A DNA stretch of 64,000 bases from a virus (taxonomy: Duplodnaviria > Caudoviricetes): positions 38,654 to 102,653 of IMG/VR virus record IMGVR_UViG_3300035521_000139. One strand, written 5' to 3'. Below are positions 1-8,179 of this stretch, piece by piece (the first letter of the stretch is position 1; every line of letters begins with the position of its first letter). Position numbers and translations under genes: made by a program. The notes beneath the pieces are model-generated. The model did not search any database. It saw nothing but the letters and a program-made list of their open reading frames with translations, and was not told the DNA's origin.

Positions 1-113
1 TAATTAAAAAAAGTTTTACTGTCGGCAAAATCCAAGTGCTTTTTTCTCCAAGCTTTATTCTTTCTACTGAAAGGTATTTGTTGTGGAGGTAAACTCACTG
101 TTTCTTTTTCCAT
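1..113 (-). CDS. Portal protein, N-terminal fragment (runs off the left edge)
   Basis: ATG at 113 opens MEKETVSLPPQQIPFSRKNKAWRKKHLDFADSKTFF, resembling the crAss portal N-terminus; directly downstream of terL. Confidence 0.7.
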   Translation of the reverse strand, partial: MEKETVSLPPQQIPFSRKNKAWRKKHLDFADSKTFFN

Positions 114-132
114 AAAATATTTCTGTATTTGA

Positions 133-167
133 TGCAAAATTAATAAATATTTTTGAATTATACAATA
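133..167 (-). promoter_or_regulatory. Bacteroidota sigma-A-type promoter for the portal gene
   Basis: Minus strand ATTG...TAATTTTGCA matches the -33 TTTG / -7 TAnnTTTG consensus. Confidence 0.7.
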
Positions 168-200
168 CTATAAATAAAATAATTATATAGAATAATTAAA

Positions 201-3200
201 TTAATTACCTATAATATATTTAGACATCCTATTATCGTAGTTATTCTTAAAATAATCATCATTTCCTAGGTAATCACTACTTATAGTTTCTCTAGATTCT
301 GTATTCAAATTACTACCATATAGTATTACTTTTTCTTGTCTATATAACATTACCATTCCTAAAGCTCTAATTCTATCTACATTTATTTCAGGAGTAAAAG
401 CTATAAGCTCTTCTATTAAAGCTCTATTCTTTAATTTATATAATTTTGCTATTTCTACTTCTTTTTCTTCGCCATCTTCTTTTACTATACTATTTATAGG
501 CTCCAGTAGCCAATCTCTAATTAATTGATTAGCATAATTATTAATAGCAGCTGTTGCATTAACTCCATAAGCATTTGAGCCAAAATTACTATACTTAACT
601 AGTTGCTTATCTCTTAAATACTGCGGAGTTTTAGCTAATAAATGAGTACTTTTCATTTTACTGAAATAAGCATATAATCCTTTTTTATTACTTTCATAAA
701 GACACCTGGCATTATAAAATATACATAATAATCTCACTATTTCAAAATTATCTTCTGCAAAAGGCTGTCTTCCTGTATATTCAGCTACTATTTGATCCGT
801 AAATAAATCAAATACAAAAGTTGATGATAATGAAGAAGATTCGGCTTGGTCATTATCTACAGGGTCATGACCTATTATATATCTATCTTCATATACTTTA
901 TTATTTTTATCTTTTTCAGGCATACTAAATATCTCTAATGCTCCTTGTGTGGAATTATCTACTCCATATTTTCTAATAGGAGTATCAGAAGTTATTTTAT
1001 ATTCTACTTCTCCATTTCTATTTAATACTAAATTACCTATATAAACATCATCATATATATTAGGATTACTATCTAATTGAGCCAATCTTTCAGTTAAAGC
1101 AACTGTAGGAAAATAAGCAGCTTTTACCTTAATAATAGCTTCAGCAGGGGTTATAGGATCTTCTGCAATAGCTCTAAGTACAGATTTAGGATCTGTAGAA
1201 TTATATTTAACTTTATATCTAAATTTAAGTATTTCTAGTAAAGCTTTTATAACATCTGATACCCCATCTTTATTATAACATCCAGCTCTATTTACATAAG
1301 AAGGAAAAAAGAATCCGAAATTAGGTCTACCTTGTTGAGGTTTATCAAATACATTTTTAATAGATAATATATTATAACCTTCTGGACTATACAATAATGT
1401 TTTAGCTGAACTAAAATCAGACTCATCTTCAGCAGCAGTTCCTACAAGATACATTACAGCAAAAGTATATTCACCATCTTCTACTGATTTTCTGGTAATA
1501 TCATAAAGAGAAAGCAGTCCTTTAAAAGAACCCATCTCTTCAAATAAAATCCAACCACGCTTACCTCTTAATTTCTCTGAATCATCTTTAGCAGATACAG
1601 CCATTACTTGATTTAAAGAGCCTTTCTCAATTCCTCTTTCATCTTTATAACCCATTTGCCAAGTCATTTCATTTGGAGAATTCTTTAATAGTAAATGAGG
1701 GAAAGGAGTATTTTCAAATATAAAATTTATTTCAGGTTTAAATTTTGATAATGTACCATCTTTAGAATCACTAAGATATTCTTTTTGATAAGCAGTTAGT
1801 ACAGTAATTACTCTTCTTCTAGATTCTTCAGACTCTCCTAAAATTAAATTGTGTGACATTATGGCAGCTAATGAATAAGACTTAGCACAGTTATGTGTTT
1901 GAATATATTCTCCTATAAGATAGGAACTATCTGGAGCATCCACAGTGACACATTTACACCTTTGCTTTCCTATATATTCAATATTAGTAATACAAGTTTT
2001 TAATTCTCTGGAGTTATGTTTCTCTTCATTTATTTTATTTCTTTTTCTTTCAAGATTAAATAATTCTTTTCCTCCATAAATACTAACTTCATAAGTATCT
2101 AAACATTGAATATAAACACCCTCTTTTCTATATCCTGATTTTCTTACGGTATAATTACTATTATACCCAAGACTTCTAGCTATTTCCATAACATCAAAAG
2201 CAAGTTTTTTTGATGCTGTATTAAGTACTGGTATGTTGCCATGTATAGTTCCATCAGTATCTAATAATCCTTTTAATATCTCTAGTCTTATCTCTCTACT
2301 ATTATATTTATATAAGTCAGGTATAAATTTATCTTTTGATTTACTCATCCATAATCCACAATCATATAAATATTGTATATTACATTTTATAGCATAAGAA
2401 TATTCATTATTTCCTATTTTATATATTTTATAGGGTATTTTATTTATATAATTATCTATATCATTTTTTGCAGATGTAAATATAATTTGATTTTTATAAT
2501 TAGGATTTCTGAAAGTTCCATCACCTAATACAATTCCTAAAGTATAAGCATCAATAGGTATCTCTTTAAAACTATATTCTACTCCTTTATTTTTTGGTAT
2601 AAAATAAACATAAGCTTTTCCTGAAGGGATTCTCCAAGAAGGAATTCTTTTATTAATATAATGTTTATATAAATACTCAGTATTTACAGTCATTATTTTT
2701 TTTGAATTAGCCCTGATAATATTCCATAAATGATCATCAGAAGCATATACTTCTCTTCCATCTCTAAGAGTTATTTTATATACATCAGCTACATCATTAA
2801 AAGGAATATCAGTAACTGTAGTTATATTATTATTAGTACCAAATAATTTATCTCCTATTTTAATATCCCCCCATTGTTTAATTCCTTCTGGAGTATAAAC
2901 TTTTTGAGTATAAGGATGAGCACCTCTTTTAGCCAATTCTATAGCATGTTTACCTTCTTCTCTTGCTTTATATAAATAATGAAATCTCCAATAAATACCT
3001 TCAAAAAAGAAAGGAAATGATTCTTTTCTTATAGCCTTTTTAGAACCAGAAGTTATAATATTAACCATCATAGGACTATAATTTAAGAACCAATAACAAT
3101 ACCCTGTTACCCATTCTCCATCTTCCTCTCTTACATAGCCATTTAAGCATCTTCTTATTTCTTCATCCCAATGTTTCCTGTACTCAGAATTAGGATTACT

Positions 3201-3482
3201 ATTAGGTTTAAGAAATGTATAACAATTATATTTTAAATAATGAAGAGCTGCTGGTCTAAAATAATCCATATTTTCTGTAATATGAGGGTTTTCCAAATCA
3301 ACTATAATTCTACCTTTATTATCTCTGGGCAAATCTTTAGCTCTTTTTCTATTAGGAGAAATCAAATTTTTAACAAAAGGAATAGTAGTAATAGCTTCTT
3401 CAAATTGTTCTCTTATTTCAGGTTCTAATGAACTTAATAATTCATCTGTTATAGGAGTTTGAAATTCATTTACTTCTATCAT
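201..3482 (-). CDS. terL: Terminase large subunit with intein
   Basis: Split Walker A (LAKRG|CAKS), Walker B ILFEEMG, nuclease motifs IIGHDP and LYESN, C-terminal NVDR. Confidence 0.93.
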   Translation of the reverse strand: MIEVNEFQTPITDELLSSLEPEIREQFEEAITTIPFVKNLISPNRKRAKDLPRDNKGRIIVDLENPHITENMDYFRPAALHYLKYNCYTFLKPNSNPNSEYRKHWDEEIRRCLNGYVREEDGEWVTGYCYWFLNYSPMMVNIITSGSKKAIRKESFPFFFEGIYWRFHYLYKAREEGKHAIELAKRGAHPYTQKVYTPEGIKQWGDIKIGDKLFGTNNNITTVTDIPFNDVADVYKITLRDGREVYASDDHLWNIIRANSKKIMTVNTEYLYKHYINKRIPSWRIPSGKAYVYFIPKNKGVEYSFKEIPIDAYTLGIVLGDGTFRNPNYKNQIIFTSAKNDIDNYINKIPYKIYKIGNNEYSYAIKCNIQYLYDCGLWMSKSKDKFIPDLYKYNSREIRLEILKGLLDTDGTIHGNIPVLNTASKKLAFDVMEIARSLGYNSNYTVRKSGYRKEGVYIQCLDTYEVSIYGGKELFNLERKRNKINEEKHNSRELKTCITNIEYIGKQRCKCVTVDAPDSSYLIGEYIQTHNCAKSYSLAAIMSHNLILGESEESRRRVITVLTAYQKEYLSDSKDGTLSKFKPEINFIFENTPFPHLLLKNSPNEMTWQMGYKDERGIEKGSLNQVMAVSAKDDSEKLRGKRGWILFEEMGSFKGLLSLYDITRKSVEDGEYTFAVMYLVGTAAEDESDFSSAKTLLYSPEGYNILSIKNVFDKPQQGRPNFGFFFPSYVNRAGCYNKDGVSDVIKALLEILKFRYKVKYNSTDPKSVLRAIAEDPITPAEAIIKVKAAYFPTVALTERLAQLDSNPNIYDDVYIGNLVLNRNGEVEYKITSDTPIRKYGVDNSTQGALEIFSMPEKDKNNKVYEDRYIIGHDPVDNDQAESSSLSSTFVFDLFTDQIVAEYTGRQPFAEDNFEIVRLLCIFYNARCLYESNKKGLYAYFSKMKSTHLLAKTPQYLRDKQLVKYSNFGSNAYGVNATAAINNYANQLIRDWLLEPINSIVKEDGEEKEVEIAKLYKLKNRALIEELIAFTPEINVDRIRALGMVMLYRQEKVILYGSNLNTESRETISSDYLGNDDYFKNNYDNRMSKYIIGN
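1890..2921 (-). mobile_element. Class 3 intein (344 aa) with LAGLIDADG endonuclease in TerL
   Basis: Starts AHPYTQKVYTPEG; block B SDDHLW; blocks C/E LGIVLGDG and LKGLLDTDG; block F RCKCVTVD; ends IQTHN followed by Cys+1. Confidence 0.92.
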
Positions 3483-3799
3483 AGTTCTCCTTTTATTATT
3501 TTATCAAATAGTTGTGAATTTAAAAACTCTAATATTTTAACACTAAAAGCAGCTTCTGCTCCTATAATAGCCTTTCTTTCTTCAGTGCTATTAGCAGTTC
3601 TTGACACATATTGAGAACTTAATATTTCTGCTTTTAATCCTTTTTGTAAATACCAAAGTTTATATTCATATTGCTTATAAACTTTTATTTTCTTTTGAAG
3701 TTCCTTTGTATGAAATACGAATCTTCCTCTTATATCAATTCCTAATTCTTTTCTTTTAGCTATGAGATAATCATTCAATCCTTTTATAAATCCTTCCAT
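3479..3799 (-). CDS. Hypothetical protein
   Basis: 106-aa ORF overlapping the terL start by 4 nt. Confidence 0.75.
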   Translation of the reverse strand: MEGFIKGLNDYLIAKRKELGIDIRGRFVFHTKELQKKIKVYKQYEYKLWYLQKGLKAEILSSQYVSRTANSTEERKAIIGAEAAFSVKILEFLNSQLFDKIIKGEL

Positions 3800-3821
3800 T
3801 GCCTAGTATAATTATATATTT

Positions 3822-4364
3822 TTAAAAATCCTCATACATTGCTTTTTCTTGAGTTCCTCTAACTCTATCACTTTGAGTTATTTCTTTAGCTAACGATTTT
3901 TCAGCCTCATCCAAATCTTTTATTAAACCAGGAATCTGCTTAATAGTAGCTGTTACAGTATTTAAAGTATATATAGGTTTACCTTTATCATCTACTGCAT
4001 TTAAATCTATTTCTCTAAGTAAAGTTCTTAATTTATTAACAGCAAATCTAGTATCTTCTAATAGCAGAGCTGAAGCTGGTTTAAATGTATTATAGAATTT
4101 CATAGCTTCTAATAATAAAGCATCTGGTTTCCAATCTTTATTTAATCCTTCTCCTTCTTTAATAGATTTTAATCTGTCCTCTTCATCTGTAATATATTGA
4201 TAATCACTTCTAGGGTCACAAAAGAAATATATAAATCCTAATTCCATTATAGCTTTTTCCTTTGATTTTGATTTATCTCTATTCCATATATTTTTAAAAG
4301 GTTTTAGAGCAAAAGCTTCTTCGGATATTTCTATCTTATATCCTTCATATTTAAATAATTTCAT
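3822..4364 (-). CDS. Conserved crAss-like protein upstream of terL (possible small terminase)
   Basis: 180-aa helical ORF with a C-terminal coiled coil; function inferred from position only. Confidence 0.6.
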   Translation of the reverse strand: MKLFKYEGYKIEISEEAFALKPFKNIWNRDKSKSKEKAIMELGFIYFFCDPRSDYQYITDEEDRLKSIKEGEGLNKDWKPDALLLEAMKFYNTFKPASALLLEDTRFAVNKLRTLLREIDLNAVDDKGKPIYTLNTVTATIKQIPGLIKDLDEAEKSLAKEITQSDRVRGTQEKAMYEDF

Positions 4365-4377
4365 ACTATATTAAATT

Positions 4378-4410
4378 AAAAAAGCCTAGCCTAAATTAAT
4401 AGACTAGGCT
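4378..4410 (-). terminator. Intrinsic terminator
   Basis: AGCCTAG...CTAGGCT hairpin with a T-run on the minus strand after the GroES-like gene. Confidence 0.6.
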
Positions 4411-4415
4411 CTGTA

Positions 4416-4835
4416 TTATGTAATAATTGTTTGTTCAGGAACTATGATTTGGGAAGGATTATCAAAATATTCTTCTTCATACTCCTCTATAATAAAATCA
4501 ATATCTCGGTCCTGCAAGAATAAACAAGATTCTCCATTTAATTCAATAACTGGCAAGTTATATTTAATAATAGGATTATCTGTTATAATTCCATCTTTAA
4601 GAGAACCTTCTTGATGTTGTTTAACTCCAAATCTAGTAGGATTAACACAAACAATATCTCCTACTTTAATACCTCTTACAGAATCTCCTACCGCTAACAC
4701 AGTTTGATACTCCTTCAATTCTCCTTTAAGTTTCTTTGAATCTAAGAGACCTCCTGAAGTTTTAATATCCTGCTCATATTTATTCATTGTTGTAATAAGG
4801 GCAGTAAACATTGGTTTAATCTTTTTTAGTATCAT
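4416..4835 (-). CDS. GroES/Cpn10-like co-chaperonin
   Basis: IKPMF...KTSGGLL (mobile-loop-like)...VLAVGDSVRGIKVGDIV...LFLQDRDI follows the GroES pattern. Confidence 0.75.
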   Translation of the reverse strand: MILKKIKPMFTALITTMNKYEQDIKTSGGLLDSKKLKGELKEYQTVLAVGDSVRGIKVGDIVCVNPTRFGVKQHQEGSLKDGIITDNPIIKYNLPVIELNGESCLFLQDRDIDFIIEEYEEEYFDNPSQIIVPEQTIIT

Positions 4836-5094
4836 TTGACTTCTCCAGATTTTTTAAATATTTTTCTTTCTTCCTTACTAGTTTATCATAATCACAATAG
4901 AGTTTTCCTATATACGGAATACTAAAACTTGTATTGAGAGCTTCAAATTCTTGTTTTGTCAGATTCTCCTGAAGAGGTAAAGACTGAACTTTATCTTTAA
5001 TAAATCTCCAATAACTTTTATAAACTCGTCTTACCAATTCAGGAGAAATGTCTAACTCTATTGCTATATCTTTTACTATATCTGTATATTTCAC
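4816..5094 (-). CDS. HU/IHF-like DNA-binding protein
   Basis: DIVKDIAIELDISPELVRRVY helices plus FSIPYIGKLY strand, typical of the HU/IHF fold. Confidence 0.7.
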   Translation of the reverse strand: MKYTDIVKDIAIELDISPELVRRVYKSYWRFIKDKVQSLPLQENLTKQEFEALNTSFSIPYIGKLYCDYDKLVRKKEKYLKNLEKSNDTKKD

Positions 5095-5468
5095 GATAAC
5101 TCAAATAGAAATAATAAATTAAAAGTATTACTATTAGGATCTACGTTAGGTATAAATTTAGGATTAATTTTACCATCAATAATAATACCGCTTTTCCTTA
5201 ATTTACCTAAAATTACTTGAAAATGCTGGAGAGATATATTACACTCTTCCCTTACTTTTTTTCTAGTTTCTTCTCCTAGAGTAACTTGATCTAATATTTC
5301 TTCATTCTTTATTACCTTACTAAGCTCATATCTATGTTTTAAAAAACAAGATATTATATCTATTTCTCTTGAAGTTAATTTGTGGTAAGGGTATAAAAAC
5401 TCAAACCATCTTCTAAAGAACTTACCATTTAATGAAGTAGGTACTCTTATTACATTATTTGCTATCAT
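5091..5468 (-). CDS. Putative winged-helix DNA-binding protein
   Basis: LTSREIDII...KVREECNIS...QVILGKLRKSGII pattern. Confidence 0.55.
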   Translation of the reverse strand: MIANNVIRVPTSLNGKFFRRWFEFLYPYHKLTSREIDIISCFLKHRYELSKVIKNEEILDQVTLGEETRKKVREECNISLQHFQVILGKLRKSGIIIDGKINPKFIPNVDPNSNTFNLLFLFELS

Positions 5469-5485
5469 TTATACCCTTATTTAAA

Positions 5486-5773
5486 TTAATCATTTTCTTC
5501 TCCAGTAGAAGTAGTTTCAGTCTCTTCTTTAGTTTCTTCTTCAGGAGTCATTAATTCTTGAATCTCCTTAATACAACCGTCAAGGAATTCTTCTTCAAAT
5601 ACAGGAGCATTTTCAACAACCTTAAATAGATAATCAAGTCTTTTAAAAATATTGTTTAATGTTTTTAATTGACTATAAAGTTGATTGTTTTGTTCACTAA
5701 GCTGATGTGCAATTGCATTAAGTTTATCATAATCCAACTTTGCTTCCTTTTTTATTTCTTTGTTCTCTTCCAT
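5486..5773 (-). CDS. Hypothetical coiled-coil protein
   Basis: 95-aa ORF with heptad character and acidic tail. Confidence 0.7.
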   Translation of the reverse strand: MEENKEIKKEAKLDYDKLNAIAHQLSEQNNQLYSQLKTLNNIFKRLDYLFKVVENAPVFEEEFLDGCIKEIQELMTPEEETKEETETTSTGEEND

Positions 5774-5793
5774 TTTTTATTTATTTTAAATGA

Positions 5794-6009
5794 TTAATAT
5801 GATTCTAAATATTTATGATGAAATTTTCCTTCATATAGTTTATCCCACTCTGCATTAGATGTCTCCTCAATATTAGTAGCACCACATTTATTGCAAAATT
5901 CCATACCTGCAACTCCTATAATAGCTAAAGATAAACATCTTTTACAATAATGAACAGGTATTGCTTCAAAGTCTTCTTTGGTCAATTTTTCTTTATCAAA
6001 TTCTTCCAT
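5794..6009 (-). CDS. Small zinc-ribbon protein
   Basis: CKRC...CNKC. Confidence 0.7.
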   Translation of the reverse strand: MEEFDKEKLTKEDFEAIPVHYCKRCLSLAIIGVAGMEFCNKCGATNIEETSNAEWDKLYEGKFHHKYLESY

Positions 6010-6010
6010 A

Positions 6011-6181
6011 TTATTTATAATAAAGAGTTATAAATTGTCCATTCTCCTTTAAGACTTGAACTACATAAACACCTTTATAATCTTCACTATTAAGAATTTC
6101 AACCAATTCTCTTATAGTTTTAGTACATAGAGCATTATACTTTTTATTATCTTTAATCCTTGTTTCTTCTACTACTTCCAT
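6011..6181 (-). CDS. Hypothetical protein (start moved to MEVVEE)
   Basis: The longer track start overlaps tRNA-Met; ATG at 6181 has an A-rich leader. Confidence 0.65.
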   Translation of the reverse strand: MEVVEETRIKDNKKYNALCTKTIRELVEILNSEDYKGVYVVQVLKENGQFITLYYK

Positions 6182-6202
6182 AATTTTATTTATTTTAATT
6201 AG

Positions 6203-6274
6203 TTGCGGGGAGCTGACTCGAACAGCTGATCTCTGAGTTATGAGCACAGTGAGTTACCTCTTCTCCACCCCGCG
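6203..6274 (-). tRNA. tRNA-Met(CAT), initiator-like
   Basis: CGCGGGG/CCCCGCA acceptor with C1:A72 mismatch; loop CT-CAT-AA; T-arm AGCTG-TTCGAGT-CAGCT. Confidence 0.9.
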
Positions 6275-6327
6275 ATACCTTTTTACTTATTATTATTCTC
6301 CAGAAAGAGAGGTAAAGCTAATCTGCT

Positions 6328-6408
6328 TTAACCTCTTAGTGTACTTAAAGTTGAAATTAACATTGCCATTACAACAACACATTTTGCTAAAATAATTACA
6401 CTTTCCAT
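6328..6408 (-). CDS. 26-aa hydrophobic peptide (unannotated)
   Basis: MESVIILAKCVVVMAMLISTLSTLRG*, followed by the hairpin at 6304-6337. Confidence 0.4.
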   Translation of the reverse strand: MESVIILAKCVVVMAMLISTLSTLRG

Positions 6409-6432
6409 AATAATAATAATTAAAAAATTAAG

Positions 6433-6504
6433 AGCTTCTTATAGGAATCGAACCTATATTGCTTGTTTACAAGACAAGTGTCTTAACCATTAAACGAAAG
6501 AAGC
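6433..6504 (-). tRNA. tRNA-Thr(TGT)
   Basis: GCTTCTT/AAGAAGC acceptor; CTTGT-CT-TGT-AA-ACAAG anticodon arm; GGTTCGATTCC T-arm. Confidence 0.92.
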
Positions 6505-6510
6505 TTTTCA

Positions 6511-6684
6511 TCACCCAAGATGAATAATCTTTTCTATTACCTTTAATATTATTACTACAATCCAACAGGCACTAAACCATATTTGTTCAAACTTTGAAAT
6601 ATTATTCCATTTCTTAGTTACCTTAAAATAAAATAAAACAGCTATTAAAATATAAGCTACTAAAACAATTAACCACCAAATCAT
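6511..6684 (-). CDS. 57-aa two-TM membrane protein (unannotated)
   Basis: MIWWLIVLVAYILIAVLFYFK...IWFSACWIVVIILK fills the gap between two tRNAs. Confidence 0.6.
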   Translation of the reverse strand: MIWWLIVLVAYILIAVLFYFKVTKKWNNISKFEQIWFSACWIVVIILKVIEKIIHLG

Positions 6685-6702
6685 ATTCTATTACTTTTTA
6701 AG

Positions 6703-6788
6703 TACCTCCATTGGGACTTGAACCCAAACAATCATTTCTGATTAAGGGATTTTAAGTCCCTCGTGTCTACCTATTCCACCATGAAGGC
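6703..6788 (-). tRNA. tRNA-Leu(TAA)
   Basis: GCCTTCA/TGGAGGT acceptor; AGGGA-CT-TAA-AA-TCCCT; long variable arm. Confidence 0.92.
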
Positions 6789-6797
6789 ATTATATTA

Positions 6798-7244
6798 TTA
6801 ATATAATCTTACATCACACAAGCTAAATAAATAGTCATATTTATTTATATTTTGTATAAAAGCCTCACAATCAGAAGTAATACCTTTATATAAGGTATCT
6901 TTAGGTATTCCATTATAAAAGTCTATTGTATTTATTTTTACTTCTGCTATAAAATCAGTAGCATTAAGACAATCACAAGCTACTCCTTTAATTGCATTAG
7001 GTTGCATTTTTCCTAAAATACCCATATACCCTTCTGCTAAACTATCTTGATAATTTGATATTATCTCCAGAAAAGCATCTAAATACTCATGTATATTTTT
7101 CTTAGGTGCTGCCCAGTGAAGATTCTTACATTTAGTTTTCCAGCCTTCAAGCTGATTTATAAAATTAATGAAGAACTGATTAGTAGTAACTTCATCTGTT
7201 GTTTTCTTTATATCTCCTAAAGGAGCAAAAAATGTTGCGCTCAT
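6798..7244 (-). CDS. Dps/ferritin-like protein
   Basis: KNLHW...HEYLDAF...DSLAEGY ferroxidase-like four-helix pattern. Confidence 0.75.
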   Translation of the reverse strand: MSATFFAPLGDIKKTTDEVTTNQFFINFINQLEGWKTKCKNLHWAAPKKNIHEYLDAFLEIISNYQDSLAEGYMGILGKMQPNAIKGVACDCLNATDFIAEVKINTIDFYNGIPKDTLYKGITSDCEAFIQNINKYDYLFSLCDVRLY

Positions 7245-7262
7245 ATCTTTTATATTTTATGC

Positions 7263-7297
7263 TGCAAAGATAAACAATTATTTTTAATTTACCAAAT
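7263..7297 (-). promoter_or_regulatory. Bacteroidota sigma-A-type promoter upstream of the Dps-like gene
   Basis: Minus strand TTTGG...TATCTTTGCA. Confidence 0.8.
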
Positions 7298-7334
7298 AAA
7301 TTATGAATTATTTTTCATTTATTCTTAATTTCTG

Positions 7335-7411
7335 TGTCCTCTATCAGATTTGAACTGATGACCCCTTGATTAAAAGTCAAGTGCTCTAAATACCAACTGA
7401 GCTAAGAGAAC
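7335..7411 (-). tRNA. tRNA-Lys(TTT)
   Basis: GTTCTCT/AGAGGAC acceptor; CTTGA-CT-TTT-AA-TCAAG. Confidence 0.92.
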
Positions 7412-7526
7412 TTTTAGGAGATTCTTTAAACTCTATCTCCTAAAAGAGTCACAACCATTTAAAACGAAATATGAAATCAACACCTCTCTAGTATGATTAT
7501 TTAATAATCCTTCAAGGTTTATTTTG

Positions 7527-7598
7527 TATCCCTAATGAGATTCGAACTCATATTGAATGCTTAGAAGGCATTTGTTCTATCCTTTGAACTATAGAGAT
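7527..7598 (-). tRNA. tRNA-Arg(TCT)
   Basis: ATCTCTA/TAGGGAT acceptor; AATGC-CT-TCT-AA-GCATT. Confidence 0.92.
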
Positions 7599-7673
7599 AA
7601 GAAAAGGAATGCTACTTAAAACAACTGGTTAAGTAACATTCCTTAATCACCAATCGCCATCATCCTTTCCAAT

Positions 7674-7708
7674 TGCAAAGATACAATTAATATTTTAAAC
7701 TACCAAAT
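7674..7708 (-). promoter_or_regulatory. Bacteroidota sigma-A-type promoter for the tRNA cluster
   Basis: Minus strand TTTGG...TATCTTTGCA, near-identical to the 7263 promoter. Confidence 0.8.
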
Positions 7709-7754
7709 ATTTTCATAATATTTTTGCAATTTATTTTTGTTTTTCATAGTATCT

Positions 7755-8147
7755 TTATAATCCTACTATATAATTAGCCCATTTTTCAGTATAAAAAGAA
7801 TCATAATTCCATTTATATTTAGTATGCTTAAATACCTTATATAATATACAATGTATCAAAGAAGGAATACCTATTATAATAAGGTATAAAGGACCAAGTA
7901 TTTTAGATTGTTTACAATGTCCATATTCATGTTTAAGTGTATTTTCAGTAATATTTCTTTTTATAAAGATATAATTACCTAATGAAATATATCCACTTAA
8001 TTTACTATTTACTACAGTATAGACATCTCTAATTTGCCCTTCTACATAAGCATCTTTGTAAAGGCATACCAGTAGAATCAATGCTATAATATTCTGAGGC
8101 AATTGCCATACATAATTAATCACTCTATTAAATTTATTTTCAGTCAT
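7755..8147 (-). CDS. Membrane-associated zincin-like (HExxH) protein
   Basis: WQLPQN start, ISLG strand, HEYGH motif, TM segment, YTEKWA third-ligand motif. Confidence 0.65.
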   Translation of the reverse strand: MTENKFNRVINYVWQLPQNIIALILLVCLYKDAYVEGQIRDVYTVVNSKLSGYISLGNYIFIKRNITENTLKHEYGHCKQSKILGPLYLIIIGIPSLIHCILYKVFKHTKYKWNYDSFYTEKWANYIVGL

Positions 8148-8179
8148 AATCTTTATTATTTACTTGAGTAACTATATAA

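Noticed and set aside
6182-6247. N-terminal extension of ORF 6011..6247
   Set aside because: Overlaps tRNA-Met; the real start is probably 6181
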